DNA of 64,000 bases from Eledone cirrhosa (Eukaryota): positions 412,734,001 through 412,798,000 of the forward strand of contig OZ024740.1 of assembly GCA_964016885.1 (NCBI GenBank), given 5' to 3'. The position numbers and the translations under genes are program-made. The notes beneath the pieces are model-generated. The model did not search any database. It saw nothing but the letters and a program-made list of their open reading frames with translations, and was not told where the DNA came from. Below, in pieces: positions 25,327-36,535 of the stretch (positions within the stretch are counted from its first letter, which is position 1; every line of letters starts with the position of its first letter).

Positions 25327-25590
25327 GATTAACATATAAATAAAGATATGAAACAATCACAGGGGATAATTTTTACAAGTGTGCAAGCACACATAGCAAG
25401 GTGACTAACTAAATAAGGTTAACTAGAACTTCAAAAATAGATACATTATAATATGATTAATCATATTATAAGGTATCTATTTTTGAAGTTCTGGTTAACT
25501 TTATTTAGTTACCTACCTAGCTATGTGTGCTTGCACACTTATAAAAATTATCCCCTGTGATTGTTTCATATCTTTATTTATATGTTAATC
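25327..25590. repeat. 264-bp loop-less palindrome
   Basis: Centre ttataatatgatt|aatcatattataa at 25458/9. Arms have a few mismatches. Confidence 0.9.
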
Positions 25591-25602
25591 AATTTCTAGT
25601 TG

Positions 25603-25641
<39 letters not shown>

Positions 25642-25644
<3 letters not shown>

Positions 25645-25785
25645 TAAGGAACCAGATGGACCATAACGCATCAAATTACTCAATACTTAGGGTAGTAGAG
25701 TGGGTAATAGGAACAAGAAGGACCCCGACGGCAAAGCTCAAGCCGTTTCGACGGCTAATTCTGAGTCCAGAATTAGCCGTCGAAA
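25642..25785 (-). mobile_element. PLE-like 3' end carrying 3' half of a hammerhead, truncated at stem II
   Basis: Minus: gacggctaattctg-gact-cagaattagccgtc-GAAA-cggc(ttgagcttt)gccg-TC-ggggtc. Homologous to 30007-30185. Confidence 0.7.
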
Positions 25786-25790
25786 TATGT

Positions 25791-25980
25791 AGTTTTAATA
25801 TAGATGAGATTCTACAGGAATAGAACTGTTTCAATCTAGAGAAATAATCGAGATTCCTGATGATTTCTAAAGAATGAAACAGTTCTAGTCCTGTAGAATC
25901 TCATCTATATTAAAACTGTTATACTCTGCTATGTAATGAGTACCTTACTTACTAAGGTGACTTCCGATTCAACCCGGAAT
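25791..25980 (+). mobile_element. Micro fold-back PLE end (arms 25791-25849 / 25859-25917) plus tail
   Basis: Inverted match seen directly. Confidence 0.78.
25850..25902 (+). ncRNA. Complete type I hammerhead ribozyme
   Basis: gagattc-CTGATGA-tttctaaagaat-GAAA-cag(ttctagtc)ctg-TA-gaatctc. 7-bp perfect stem I, GUA triplet, short stem II. Confidence 0.82.
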
Positions 25981-26012
25981 AACGTATATATATATATATA
26001 TATATACGATAT

Positions 26013-26055
26013 ACGTTACTGACGATAGCACATAAGCTTGAAACTTGTACAGCGT
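26013..26055 (+). ncRNA. Minimal hammerhead (unit 1), core intact, stems with mismatches
   Basis: acgtta-CTGACGA-tagcacataagctt-GAAA-cttg-TA-cagcgt. Confidence 0.75.
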
Positions 26056-26440
26056 TCCTTTGTCAGTGTTGAACAAACGAGTAACGTGGTTGCTAGACAC
26101 TACGGCTTAATACGGGATGTTTGTTTACAAACACACCGAGCATTATAATAAATATTCGGTGAATCCATACGTACATATATATATATGTGTGCATGTATGT
26201 ATATATAAATACATACTACTGTACGTCTGTATACATATATGTATGTACGTATACATACTTATATTTAAGTAAGAGCCGTACTATGAGTGGGAAATTAATT
26301 TTGTTTCATTTTTTCCGTTTATCGTTTACGGTGCACCCGGCCGATTAACCCACTCAATATGCAAATTGGGCTACTCAGCCGTTAATATGCATAAGGAAAG
26401 TATATACTTTCAGACGTTCAATCATCTGGCAGGAAGGTAT

Positions 26441-26484
26441 ACGTTGCTGACGATAGCTAATAAGCTTGAAACTAGTACAGCGTT
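26441..26484 (+). ncRNA. Minimal type I hammerhead ribozyme (unit 2)
   Basis: acgttg-CTGACGA-tagct(aata)agctt-GAAA-ctag-TA-cagcgt. Palindromic stem III, GUA. Confidence 0.87.
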
Positions 26485-27138
26485 CTTTCTCAATGTTGAA
26501 CAAACGAGCAACGATGGTTGCTAGACACTACGGCTTAATACGGGATGTTTGTTTACAAACACACCGAGCATTATAATAAATATTCGGTGAATCTATACGT
26601 ACATATATATATGTGTGCATGTATGTATATATATATACATACTACTGTACGTCTGTATACATATATGTATGTGCGTATACATACTCATATTTAAGTAACA
26701 GCCGTACTAAGAGTGGGAAATGAAATTTCGTTTCATTATTTTCCGTTTATATATATATACATATGCGCGCGTGTGTGTGTGTTCTAATTGGAAGCTGTAA
26801 ATTTATGAGTACGGTGGTCTAGATTTCCATCATAGATTTAGAAACGTTTGTGTTTGATGTATTAATGAGCTCACATATAAACAAACAGTTCCAGCATTAA
26901 ATTTATCTAATCTGTTCTATATCTAAATGTGCAGGGCATGGTTTGCCGTCGAGATAGCTGGTATTGGGTAGCTAATTCATTGACTATGTATAGTGCAACC
27001 TGCGCAACTATATTCATATATATTGAAGTTTTTTGCATATTTTATGCATGTCTGTTTATAGGTAATTGACGCAACTATAATTCCCAAACAAAATGACATC
27101 TTAATTATATGGAATATATCTATATATATATATATATA

Positions 27139-27187
<49 letters not shown>

Positions 27188-27191
<4 letters not shown>

Positions 27192-29192
27192 TTGCGAGGT
27201 TTTTTATATGAAATCGTGTGTCGAAACAGATATTGTTATATTTGGGGAGGGTCATATTTGCGTAATATTGCCAGAATTACTAACAGAACACACTCACTGT
27301 TTGGTTGGTTTTCGCTTCTCCCTGTCTTTTATATATATATATCTGCGATCTAACTTACTCGGTCCTCAATGTTGCCAAAATGAGGGAGCAGCCATCGGCG
27401 TCAGCATAGCTGGTGATGTTGCCAACCTTTTCATGGTATGGTGGGAAAGGAGACTTAAAGATCTCCTTAATGAAAGCTCCATAGACCTCATCATGTACTC
27501 TCGTTATGTAGACGATATCAATATAGTTATAAGAACAGCCCCACTAGAGAGCACTAACAAGTTTGATTTAGAACGTAGCACGATGGAAAGCATCCAGCAG
27601 ATAGCTAATTCCATACACCAGAGTATAACTGTAACTATAGACTTCCCTTCCAAACACCCTAACAATAGACTACCTGTATTAGACACAGAACTCTGGATTA
27701 ACACTATAGACGAGAGAGCCCAAATTCTCTACTCACACTATGCTAAACCCATGGCCTCCAAATACCTGATACTCAAAAACTCAGCAATGTCCAGTAGTGC
27801 TAAGTTTAATATTCTGATCGCAGATTTGGTACGAGTGATGAAGAATGTGTCCAGCATGTGCGACCCAACAGAAATGGAAGGACACATCCAACACTTCATC
27901 AACCGCATGCAGTTCTCTGGCTACAACCAAAGAGACAGAGTCAGAGTATACGAAGGAGCCATGGAAAAGTATAAGACCCTCATAGAACTGGAATTGAAAG
28001 GAATTTGCCCACTATACAGGAGCAAATCATGGAATAGCTTAGATAGGGCTAGACATAAGATAGGGAAGGCCACATCATGGTACGACAACCAGAGATATCA
28101 GAGAGTCATGTCTGTGGATGCCACCCCTGGAGGGAAATTAGCTAACCAGTGTAGAAAGGCCCTGAGAAAGACCCACTTAAAAATAAAGGTGGTAGAAAAG
28201 CCAGGAACCACCATAAAATCCCTGATCAGCAAAACCTACCCTTTTAAGAAAACCCACTGTACTAATAGGAAATGTATCATATGTAAGGTGAACCCCCGGA
28301 TAAACTGTAAAACCAGAAACGTAGTCTATAGCATAAGATGTACAGAGGGTACTTGCAGAAACATGACAACAACATAAATAGGTGAGACAGCTCGTAGCAT
28401 GGGTGAAAGGATAGACCAACACTGGGGGGAACTAAAAGGACGAAAAAACGGGTCAGTACTATACGAACATGCTAGACAACAACACGACGGTAACATAGAC
28501 AACATAGAAATTAGAATAATATCTAAACATAGGAATGACCCAGCAGATAGGCAAATCAGAGAGGCCAGTGAAATAGAAATTAGAAGACCAAAGCTAAACA
28601 GAAAGAATGAGTGGAACAACAACAACACCCAAACAAACAACACTGACCTAAGAGAAGTATAAATAAGTAAATAAAATTAAATAAAATAAGATAAATAAAT
28701 ACATACACAAGCACATAAACACACACTAGTCACCCAGCAGACACAACACTATACACACTAGTCACACATCGCACATAACACTATACACACACGCAAACGC
28801 ATGCGCAAAGAAGACAAAATAAAATAAGATAAACAAACAAGCAAATAAATAAATAAATATATAGACAGACTGAACAAAAAAAAAAAAAAAAAAAATGGCG
28901 TAGACATACAACACAACAGGAGGAACAATGAATATAACACCACTGACGATGTTGCAGATGTGCAACGAAAGATTTATGTAAATTATGTAAACTATATATA
29001 TGTGTTTGTGTCTATATTGTATCTGTATTATTTTTGACCGCCGGTCAGTCAATGGCAACATTGAGGACCGAGTAAGTTAGATCGCAGATATATATATATA
29101 AAAGACAGGGAGAAGCGAAAACCAACCAAACAGTGAGTGTGTTCTGTTATTAATTCTGGCAATATTACGCAAATATGACCCTCCCCAAATAT

Positions 29193-29200
<8 letters not shown>
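27188..29200 (+). mobile_element. Penelope-like element PLE3 (Neptune-like), 5'-truncated, inverted arm 27188-27377
   Basis: 27230-27377 is the reverse complement of 29053-29200. TA tracts on both sides. Confidence 0.92.
27376..28662 (+). pseudogene. PLE3 RT C-terminal half + GIY-YIG, one in-frame stop
   Basis: QNEGAAIGVSIAG, RYVDD, CTNRKCIIC, VVYSIRC...T*IGETARSMGERIDQH, RQIREASEI, LNRKNEW. Confidence 0.92.
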
Positions 29201-29234
<34 letters not shown>

Positions 29235-29449
29235 GTGAGATGTGAGAAAAACCACAGACCCTCCATCTCAACTCACCTTTTGAAAAGCAGAAGAACTGCG
29301 AAACCGGTAAAGGAACCAAATAAATATATATATTTTTTTTAAAAAAATAAGACTTCAGTTGCATTTTCGATTTCATCCCTTTTTCTTTATACTTCCACTC
29401 GTGTAGGACACCTCGGTTATTTTTCATTTTGTAAAAAAAACCTCACTTT

Positions 29450-29506
<57 letters not shown>

Positions 29507-29687
29507 ATAATAATAAAATTGAAGACTAAAATCCAATATATATATATATATGTATATATATATCACGATAAATTAACGGAGCCATAAACCCTCGCCATTC
29601 CCTGTAAATAATGTGCTCAAAGGAGAAGAAATCCTGAGATCTTTAAAATACAATATGTTGAAAAGGTAACACACCAGAGATATACAG

Positions 29688-29774
29688 TGCGCTATCAGTA
29701 AAACAGGGAAAAAACCACCGGTGTATGGAATTCCATACACCGGTGGTTTTTTCACTGTTTTACTGATAGCGCAG
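29688..29774. repeat. ~87-bp near-perfect palindrome
   Basis: tgcgctatcagtaaaacag..ccaccggtgtatggaa|ttccatacaccggtgg..ctgttttactgatagcgca. Confidence 0.9.
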
Positions 29775-29854
29775 TATATATATATATATTATTGTTGTTT
29801 AGACACTACCTTGCTCACAAGTGTCTTTTTTAAGCTTCATATCATGTCTCCCTA

Positions 29855-29921
29855 TTTTATCTGATGAGAACGCAAATATCGTCCCTGGATTATATTTGTT
29901 TTTGAAATGCGCATAATAAAA
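29855..29921 (+). ncRNA. Hammerhead ribozyme in a diverged PLE1-family 3' end (~29810-29950)
   Basis: ttttat-CTGATGA-gaacgcaaatat..atatttgttttt-GAAA-tgcgca-TA-ataaaa. Flanks align with 4575-4705. Confidence 0.85.
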
Positions 29922-29956
29922 AACATGAAACTTTTCTAACCATCTTTTAATTTCTT

Positions 29957-30005
<49 letters not shown>

Positions 30006-30006
30006 G

Positions 30007-30185
30007 TGGTAAGGAACCATATGGACCATAACGCACCAGAGTACTCAATACTTAGGGCAGTAGAGTGGGAAGTAGGAAAAAGTATGACCTCGACAGCAGA
30101 GGTCAAGCCGTTTCGACGGCAATTTAGTCCAGAAATAGCCGTCGAAACGGCTTGAGCTCTGCCGTCGGGGTCAAACTTTTTCCTA
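30007..30185. mobile_element. Fold-back PLE-like end centred on a hammerhead stem II
   Basis: 30073-30120 is inverted against 30138-30185. Right arm reads gccgtc-GAAA-cggc(ttgagctct)gccg-TC-ggggtc. Confidence 0.75.
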
Positions 30186-30362
30186 TATATATTGTACGGC
30201 AACGCTCATCTTTTTCCATTTCTCCTAGGGTTATAAACCCCACTATCAGGCTAGATATCTCTTTAGTCTAAAATACGGTGAAAGCTTATAATTTCTAATT
30301 TCTAATTTTCAAACTTGCTCACTGTTTCAAAAACATACTTACATGTTTACATTTATAATTAC

Positions 30363-30452
<90 letters not shown>

Positions 30453-30581
30453 TATATATATTTTGGCAATATGTACTGACATCTACATTTCTTTGCTCTA
30501 GGTGATCTCTCACAAACACATGAAATTTCTTTTTTTCCATTTATACATATATATATATAAATGGAAAAAAATAAATGTCAT

Positions 30582-30652
<71 letters not shown>

Positions 30653-30812
30653 AGGAATGAAGAGTAACATGGTTGGCTGTACGAAGAGGGGCTTTATTTC
30701 AGGTATTAGCAATTGTTTCATTGATCATGTGAGTCTAGATGCCGCTAATCGCTCGAAGTAGATTACCTATAACGATAACTTGTTATCCCATATATATATA
30801 TATATACATATA

Positions 30813-31761
30813 AATACAACTATAAATTATCGAGAATCGTATTTCGGCCTATGAAATAACGAAAAACAACCTCAGAGATGTGTGGCAAGTGCTCAATGAA
30901 TCAGATGAACCAGTGCTACAACATACGTTAAAGGCCAAACACACTGAGACGATGGTTAAAGAATCATCCGCATAGCCAAAAAAACGATCAAGTAATTCGG
31001 GTCAAACAAATAAAAATATATGTGATTGAAAATTTACCCCGACCCCTGAATGGTTGGTAAAATCCAGCATTTGGGTTTCTGCGACTCCTAAATCAAGTAC
31101 TGTCCGCTTACATATATAATGTTACGCTTCTGGTAAGATGATTAAACAAGGAAGTCACTTTTTCAACAGGTTTTAGTTCAATGCTAATTTAAGAAATGAC
31201 TATTACTGACCCCACGCGGGTATGGGCAAGGGATGCAACCCTTACTTTAGGGGAATGAATTAAGTTGTGTATATTATTGCAAGAATGCAAATATCACAAA
31301 TCGAATAGAGTTCTCAACACAAGGGTTAAAGTTAACATAAGCTATTCATCAGTCAATAGAATCAACTAAAAAATCAAGAAAATTAACTGGTCAATAGCTA
31401 TATTCTGGAGATTAATACAAATATAAATTATCGAGAATCGTATTTCTGCCTATGAAATAACGAAAAACAGCCTCCGAGATGTGTGGCAAGTGCTCAATGA
31501 TTCAGATGAACCAGAGCTACAACATACGTTAAAGGCCAAACACACTGAGACGATGGTTAAAGAATCATCCGCATAGCCAAAAAAACGATCAAGTAATTCG
31601 GGTCAAACAAATAAAAATATATGTGATTGAAAATTTACCCGGACCACTGAATGGTTGGTAAAATCCAGCATTTGGGTTTCTGCGACTCCTAAATTAAGTA
31701 CTGTCCGCATACATAAATAATGTTAGGCTTCTGGTAAGATGATTGAACAAGGAAGTCACTT
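30813..31761. mobile_element. Non-coding element with ~345-bp direct repeats (period ~602) and long flanking duplication
   Basis: 30813-31160 is repeated at 31415-31761. attac(c/g)tataacgataacttgttatcccatatatat occurs at 30762 and 31782. Confidence 0.8.
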
Positions 31762-31818
31762 ATATATATATATATATATATATTACGTATAACGATAACT
31801 TGTTATCCCATATATATG

Positions 31819-31927
<109 letters not shown>

Positions 31928-32211
31928 TGTGTGTGTGTGTGCGTGCGTGTATATACAAGATGTTGTAGCAATAAACAGAAAGTAAAATAGTAAGTTCTTT
32001 TAAAACGCATCAAACTTTTGCCTGAACATATAATTGTGACACCCTCATCCTAAGAGATAACAGTCATGGAGAATCGAATACAATATAGAACTCGAACATT
32101 CATACCTGCCTACAAACGTAACGCATCTATCAGATATCACCTATATTACTAAAGATATGTCTAAGTATAAATGAATTCACTTTATATCATATTCTATGTC
32201 TATAATTTACA

Positions 32212-32600
32212 TAATTGTTTCTACTTTAGGCACAAGGCCAGCAATCAACCAGTGCATTACTGGTACTTTATTTTATCGACCCTGTAAGGATGAAAGGCAA
32301 AGTCAACCACGGTGGGATTTGAACTCAGATCGTAAAGGGACGTAACTATGCTGGAAAGCATGGTGTCCGACCATCTACCGATACTGCTAGCCACCGTCTA
32401 TAATTTACATTATGATATATAGTTGTTTCTACTTTTGGCACAAGGCCAGCAATTACCCAGTGCATTACTGGTACTTTATTTTATCGACCCCGTAAGGATG
32501 AAAGGCAAAGTTAACCTCGGCGGGATTTGATCTCAGAATGGCAAGGGGCATAACTCTATGCGTCAAAGCATGGCGTCCGGCCCTCTACCGATACTGCCAA
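32212..32600 (-). mobile_element. Two adjacent SINEs
   Basis: 32212-32398 (TSD gtctataatttacat) and 32422-32600. Confidence 0.9.
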
Positions 32601-33230
32601 AACACATAGTGTTTGTTGTATATTTACTACATATTTGTATATACTATAATCTAAATACAGCGATATAATTCACAATAACAGAAGACATTTGATAACAAGT
32701 AATGTTCAAATGTGCATATTACTAGATGAAACATGTCAGATTACATATATGTATATAATGCTGATTTTCTTTCTAACTCGTAATCAGTGTCAAACGAAGC
32801 ACACTGCCTCTTCCTAGAAACTTGCATCAGCTTGCAATGGATTTTGGCAATATGTAATAACATCTACATTTCTTTGCTCTAGGTGAACTCTCATGAAAAG
32901 TCATTTCATTTTACCTAGATACACAACTGATAATATATACTTCCGAATTAATTTACATCGATTTATAGTGAAGCTAATAGTGTGCAGTCAATAAATAATA
33001 TTGATCAAGCCAGCAATGTTAAAATATTTCGTAATAATCGTTATGGAAATTGAATAAATTTCCCCTGTAAAGCTACACACACTCCTCTACACTGTCAACG
33101 TACTGAATGAGGCTTGTCTGATATATTACTTAGATATAGAAAACTAATTCAGGGAAAGATTATAATTGAATGTTATGTACAAATAATAAATTGTACAGGA
33201 TATTTGTTTATATAGTCGCATTATTTCTAC

Positions 33231-33320
33231 GTTAACTTTGCCTTTCGGGGCCGATAAAATAAAGTACCCGTAATGCACTGTTATAATTGCTAGCCTTGTT
33301 CCAATAGTAGAAACAATTAT
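33231..33320 (+). mobile_element. SINE 3' half
   Basis: Family match. TSD attatttctacgtt. Confidence 0.8.
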
Positions 33321-34548
33321 TTCTACGTTCTCTATATGATGCCATCAGGTGGATTACTTCAGGAGAATATCCATTTATTTGACGGAATATACTCATGGTA
33401 TATATTCCGAGATTAATAAGTTAATAAATAATTATACATGTAATTATATAACATAACATTTACAATAATACTTCTAAAACTTCTAATTCCTTAATTGTCC
33501 AATTCTGACAAACCTTTTTTGTATATAGGTAACGATAATATCCACGCCAGGCTCCAGTTTTGTAATTGAATTAAGAGTAAAGAAAAGAGCAATTCATTTC
33601 AATATAGAATTTAATTCAGTAGTATACCGTTGACTTCAACTGACAGGATTGTCTAGGTAGTAATTTGCCGCTACAATATATTCATAAACTCTGCAGTCGC
33701 ATCAATCATTATCAAACATAATCAAGCATTGTTATTAAGTTCTGGTAGAAATTCAAGTGTTACTGATGTTAGAAATGCACGAATCTATCATCTAACTCAA
33801 TAAGTACATGTAAACAATTTTGTTAGAATATCAATTACCAAGTACATTTCCCTTTTTCTTATATAAATCATTTCAATTGCTCGGCTAATGCGGGTTTGAA
33901 GACTAAGCATACGTTTGATTGGATTTTAAGTAGTATTTCAATTGTTCAACTTCGTGATCTAAAGACTTGTTTTTATCATCCATGTACCTCTTCAACGGAA
34001 CATTTTCGCACGTTGTTGCCAGATTGATATGCGTTTGCCTGCAGCAATGTTTTGGGCAAAGATGAAGAGAATTTTATTAGACGAGAATATATGCAACACG
34101 GATCACAGCGGAAGTAAGGCGTTAAGGAAATCGAATTACTACTGTGAATGGTAGAGTTTTATATTAACTTAAAGTTTCATAGCTAATGTGTAAATTGTCC
34201 GAAGGATACTTAGATACTGTTCGAGCTGTCCATTTCCCGTAAGATGGCATAAGTTTGCGTGCAGTTGTAAACACCTGTAGTATGCAGAAAATACTTCAAT
34301 TCAGAAATTATAAAGGTGATTCTTGAATTCGCGTGGATTTAACCAGGTAAACCCATATTTATAAATGACGTGCCCAAATAGAATTCTCATTCGATATGAA
34401 AGGAAAGCAAACATGAAATAGGAATATATATCGACAATAATTTATATATATATAGTAATAATAATAATAAATGTGAAGACAAACATCCAAAGAGGGCTCG
34501 ATAAGGATAAATATATATCAAATATATAAGCACCCTAGAGCAAATATT

Positions 34549-34599
34549 AGTTTCAGAAGATCCTGTTAAGGGTGAAAGCAGAGATTCTTTGCTTAAACT
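34549..34599 (+). ncRNA. Hammerhead fold with one core substitution (CAGAAGA)
   Basis: agttt-CAGAAGA-tcct(gtta)aggg-t-GAAA-gcagag(att)ctttgc-TT-aaact. All three stems pair. Confidence 0.7.
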
Positions 34600-34616
34600 T
34601 TAATATGTTATTTTAA

Positions 34617-34689
<73 letters not shown>

Positions 34690-34871
34690 AAAGTTATATT
34701 TAAATTGTTGGGTTACAACTAGTAAATATTTATAACTGATATAAAAGCACTCAACAAGTATTTGGAGTATATTTACGATATTAAATAAATGGAAACTATA
34801 TTTATAAAACCATATTTATTTCATTATATATATTTCAGGGATATCATATTAACAATATGTTATGCCTTCTT

Positions 34872-36535
34872 CACAAAAGGAATTTTGAAAATGACTTGCC
34901 AGTTAGATTGATCGCACCATCAAAATCGGACCTGGGCAAATTAAGCAAAAACATTCTTGACAGGGTGATACAGCAAATTAAAAACTTGGATTGTTTACCT
35001 AACCTGAGCTTGTGGAAGGGAACTGGAGAGGTTGTTGAGTGGTTTAAGCAAATTAAATATAACAATAATGATAAGTTTATTCAACTTGATATTGCTAACT
35101 ATTATTCTTCTATTACCCCTAATCTACTAAATAAGGCACTAAATTACGCATTCAAACATACAGACCTAACTAGCAATGAAATGCACATTATATTATAGGC
35201 TAGGAAAACATTGATAGAATTTAATGACCAACTATGGACCAGAGCAGATAGAGATAGCAATTTTGACATTACTATGGGATCATCCGACTCAGCTCAGGTA
35301 ACTGACCTTGTGGGCTTATTTTTAATCAATTCGCTACATAGGAAAATACCTGGTACTACCGGAGGTTTATATAGACATGACATGCTTTTACTTATTGATA
35401 ATAATAACTCTGAACTAAATAGAAAAAGAAAACAAATTACACAATTTTTTAATTACTTTAATCTAAAAATAGAAATTGAGAACAACCATAGAATAGTCAA
35501 TTTCCTAGATATAACATTAAATCTCAACACATGTCTTCACTATCCATTTCACAAGTTGAATGAAAACTTAAACTATGTCAGCTTTAACTCTAACCACACC
35601 AGATCTGTCAAAAACACTATAGTAAACTCTGTTCAAAAACGTATCTCTAGAATCTAGTCTAATAGAAAGATTTTCGACGAAAAAGCCCAGTACTACAATG
35701 AAGCGTTAGCTAGAGCAGGATATAGTGATAAGATTATGTACATAGATAATGATAGACAAACTAAACAAAATAACAACTATTTTAATTACGGCCACAACCT
35801 TAACAACTATAATAGAAAGCATTACAATAATTCCAAAAGCCAAAAAAGAAATAGAACTAGGAACATAATATGGTTTGCCCCCCCCCCCCTTTCTCACTAA
35901 ACATTAAAACCCACATCGCTAAACTATTTTTTAAAGCTCTTGATAATCGCTTCCCTAGAACACATAGGTATCACTCAATTTTCAATAGACATACTATAAA
36001 ATTAACCTACTCATCCACCAAAAATTTAGCACAAAATATTAATAGAATAAATAATAGGAACTTAAAACCTAGCGATAATAGCATAAATAATATACAAGTT
36101 AACAAATGTAACTGTAGAGATAGATCTAAATGTCCGTTAAATAACAACTGCTTAGTTAAAAATATAATATACAACTGTAATGTTAAAACGGACTCTAATT
36201 CTTTTAACTACGTCGGTTCCATATCGACGGAATTTAAACTTCGCTATAATAACCACAAGAATTCTTTCACAGATCCAAGCAAAAAATCTTCAACAGCACT
36301 ATCAGGCGTACTCTGGCAACTTAGGCAAGATAACGTTAGATATTCGACGGCTTGGAATATAGTCTCAAGGGGGATTCCTTTTAATTCATCCTCTGAGACA
36401 TGTGACCTCTGTGCGGAGGAGATATTCTTTATACTAAAATCTAAAAATTCCCTTAATCTACGGACAAATTTATTTAGTTGCTGCAAACATAGATTGAACT
36501 CAACTTTTAAATATAAATTTAAATTTAAAATGTAG
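34872..36535 (+). pseudogene. PLE2 RT + GIY-YIG with stops/frameshift
   Basis: HKRNFENDLPVRLIAPSKSDLG, QLDIANYY, ITMGSSDS, LYRHD (YxDD mutated), CNCRDRSKCPLNNNC, IIY..YVGS, CDLCAEE. Confidence 0.92.

Larger units (their letters stand above)
26009..26750 (+). mobile_element. Non-coding 428-bp-period partial tandem with a hammerhead in each unit (retrozyme-like / minimal non-autonomous PLE)
   Basis: 26011-26320 is repeated at 26439-26750. CTGACGA at 26019 and 26447. TA tracts on both sides. Confidence 0.85.

Noticed and set aside
31295-31360. Minus-strand CTGATGA hammerhead
   Set aside because: GATT stands where GAAA is needed, and stems I/III are not evident.
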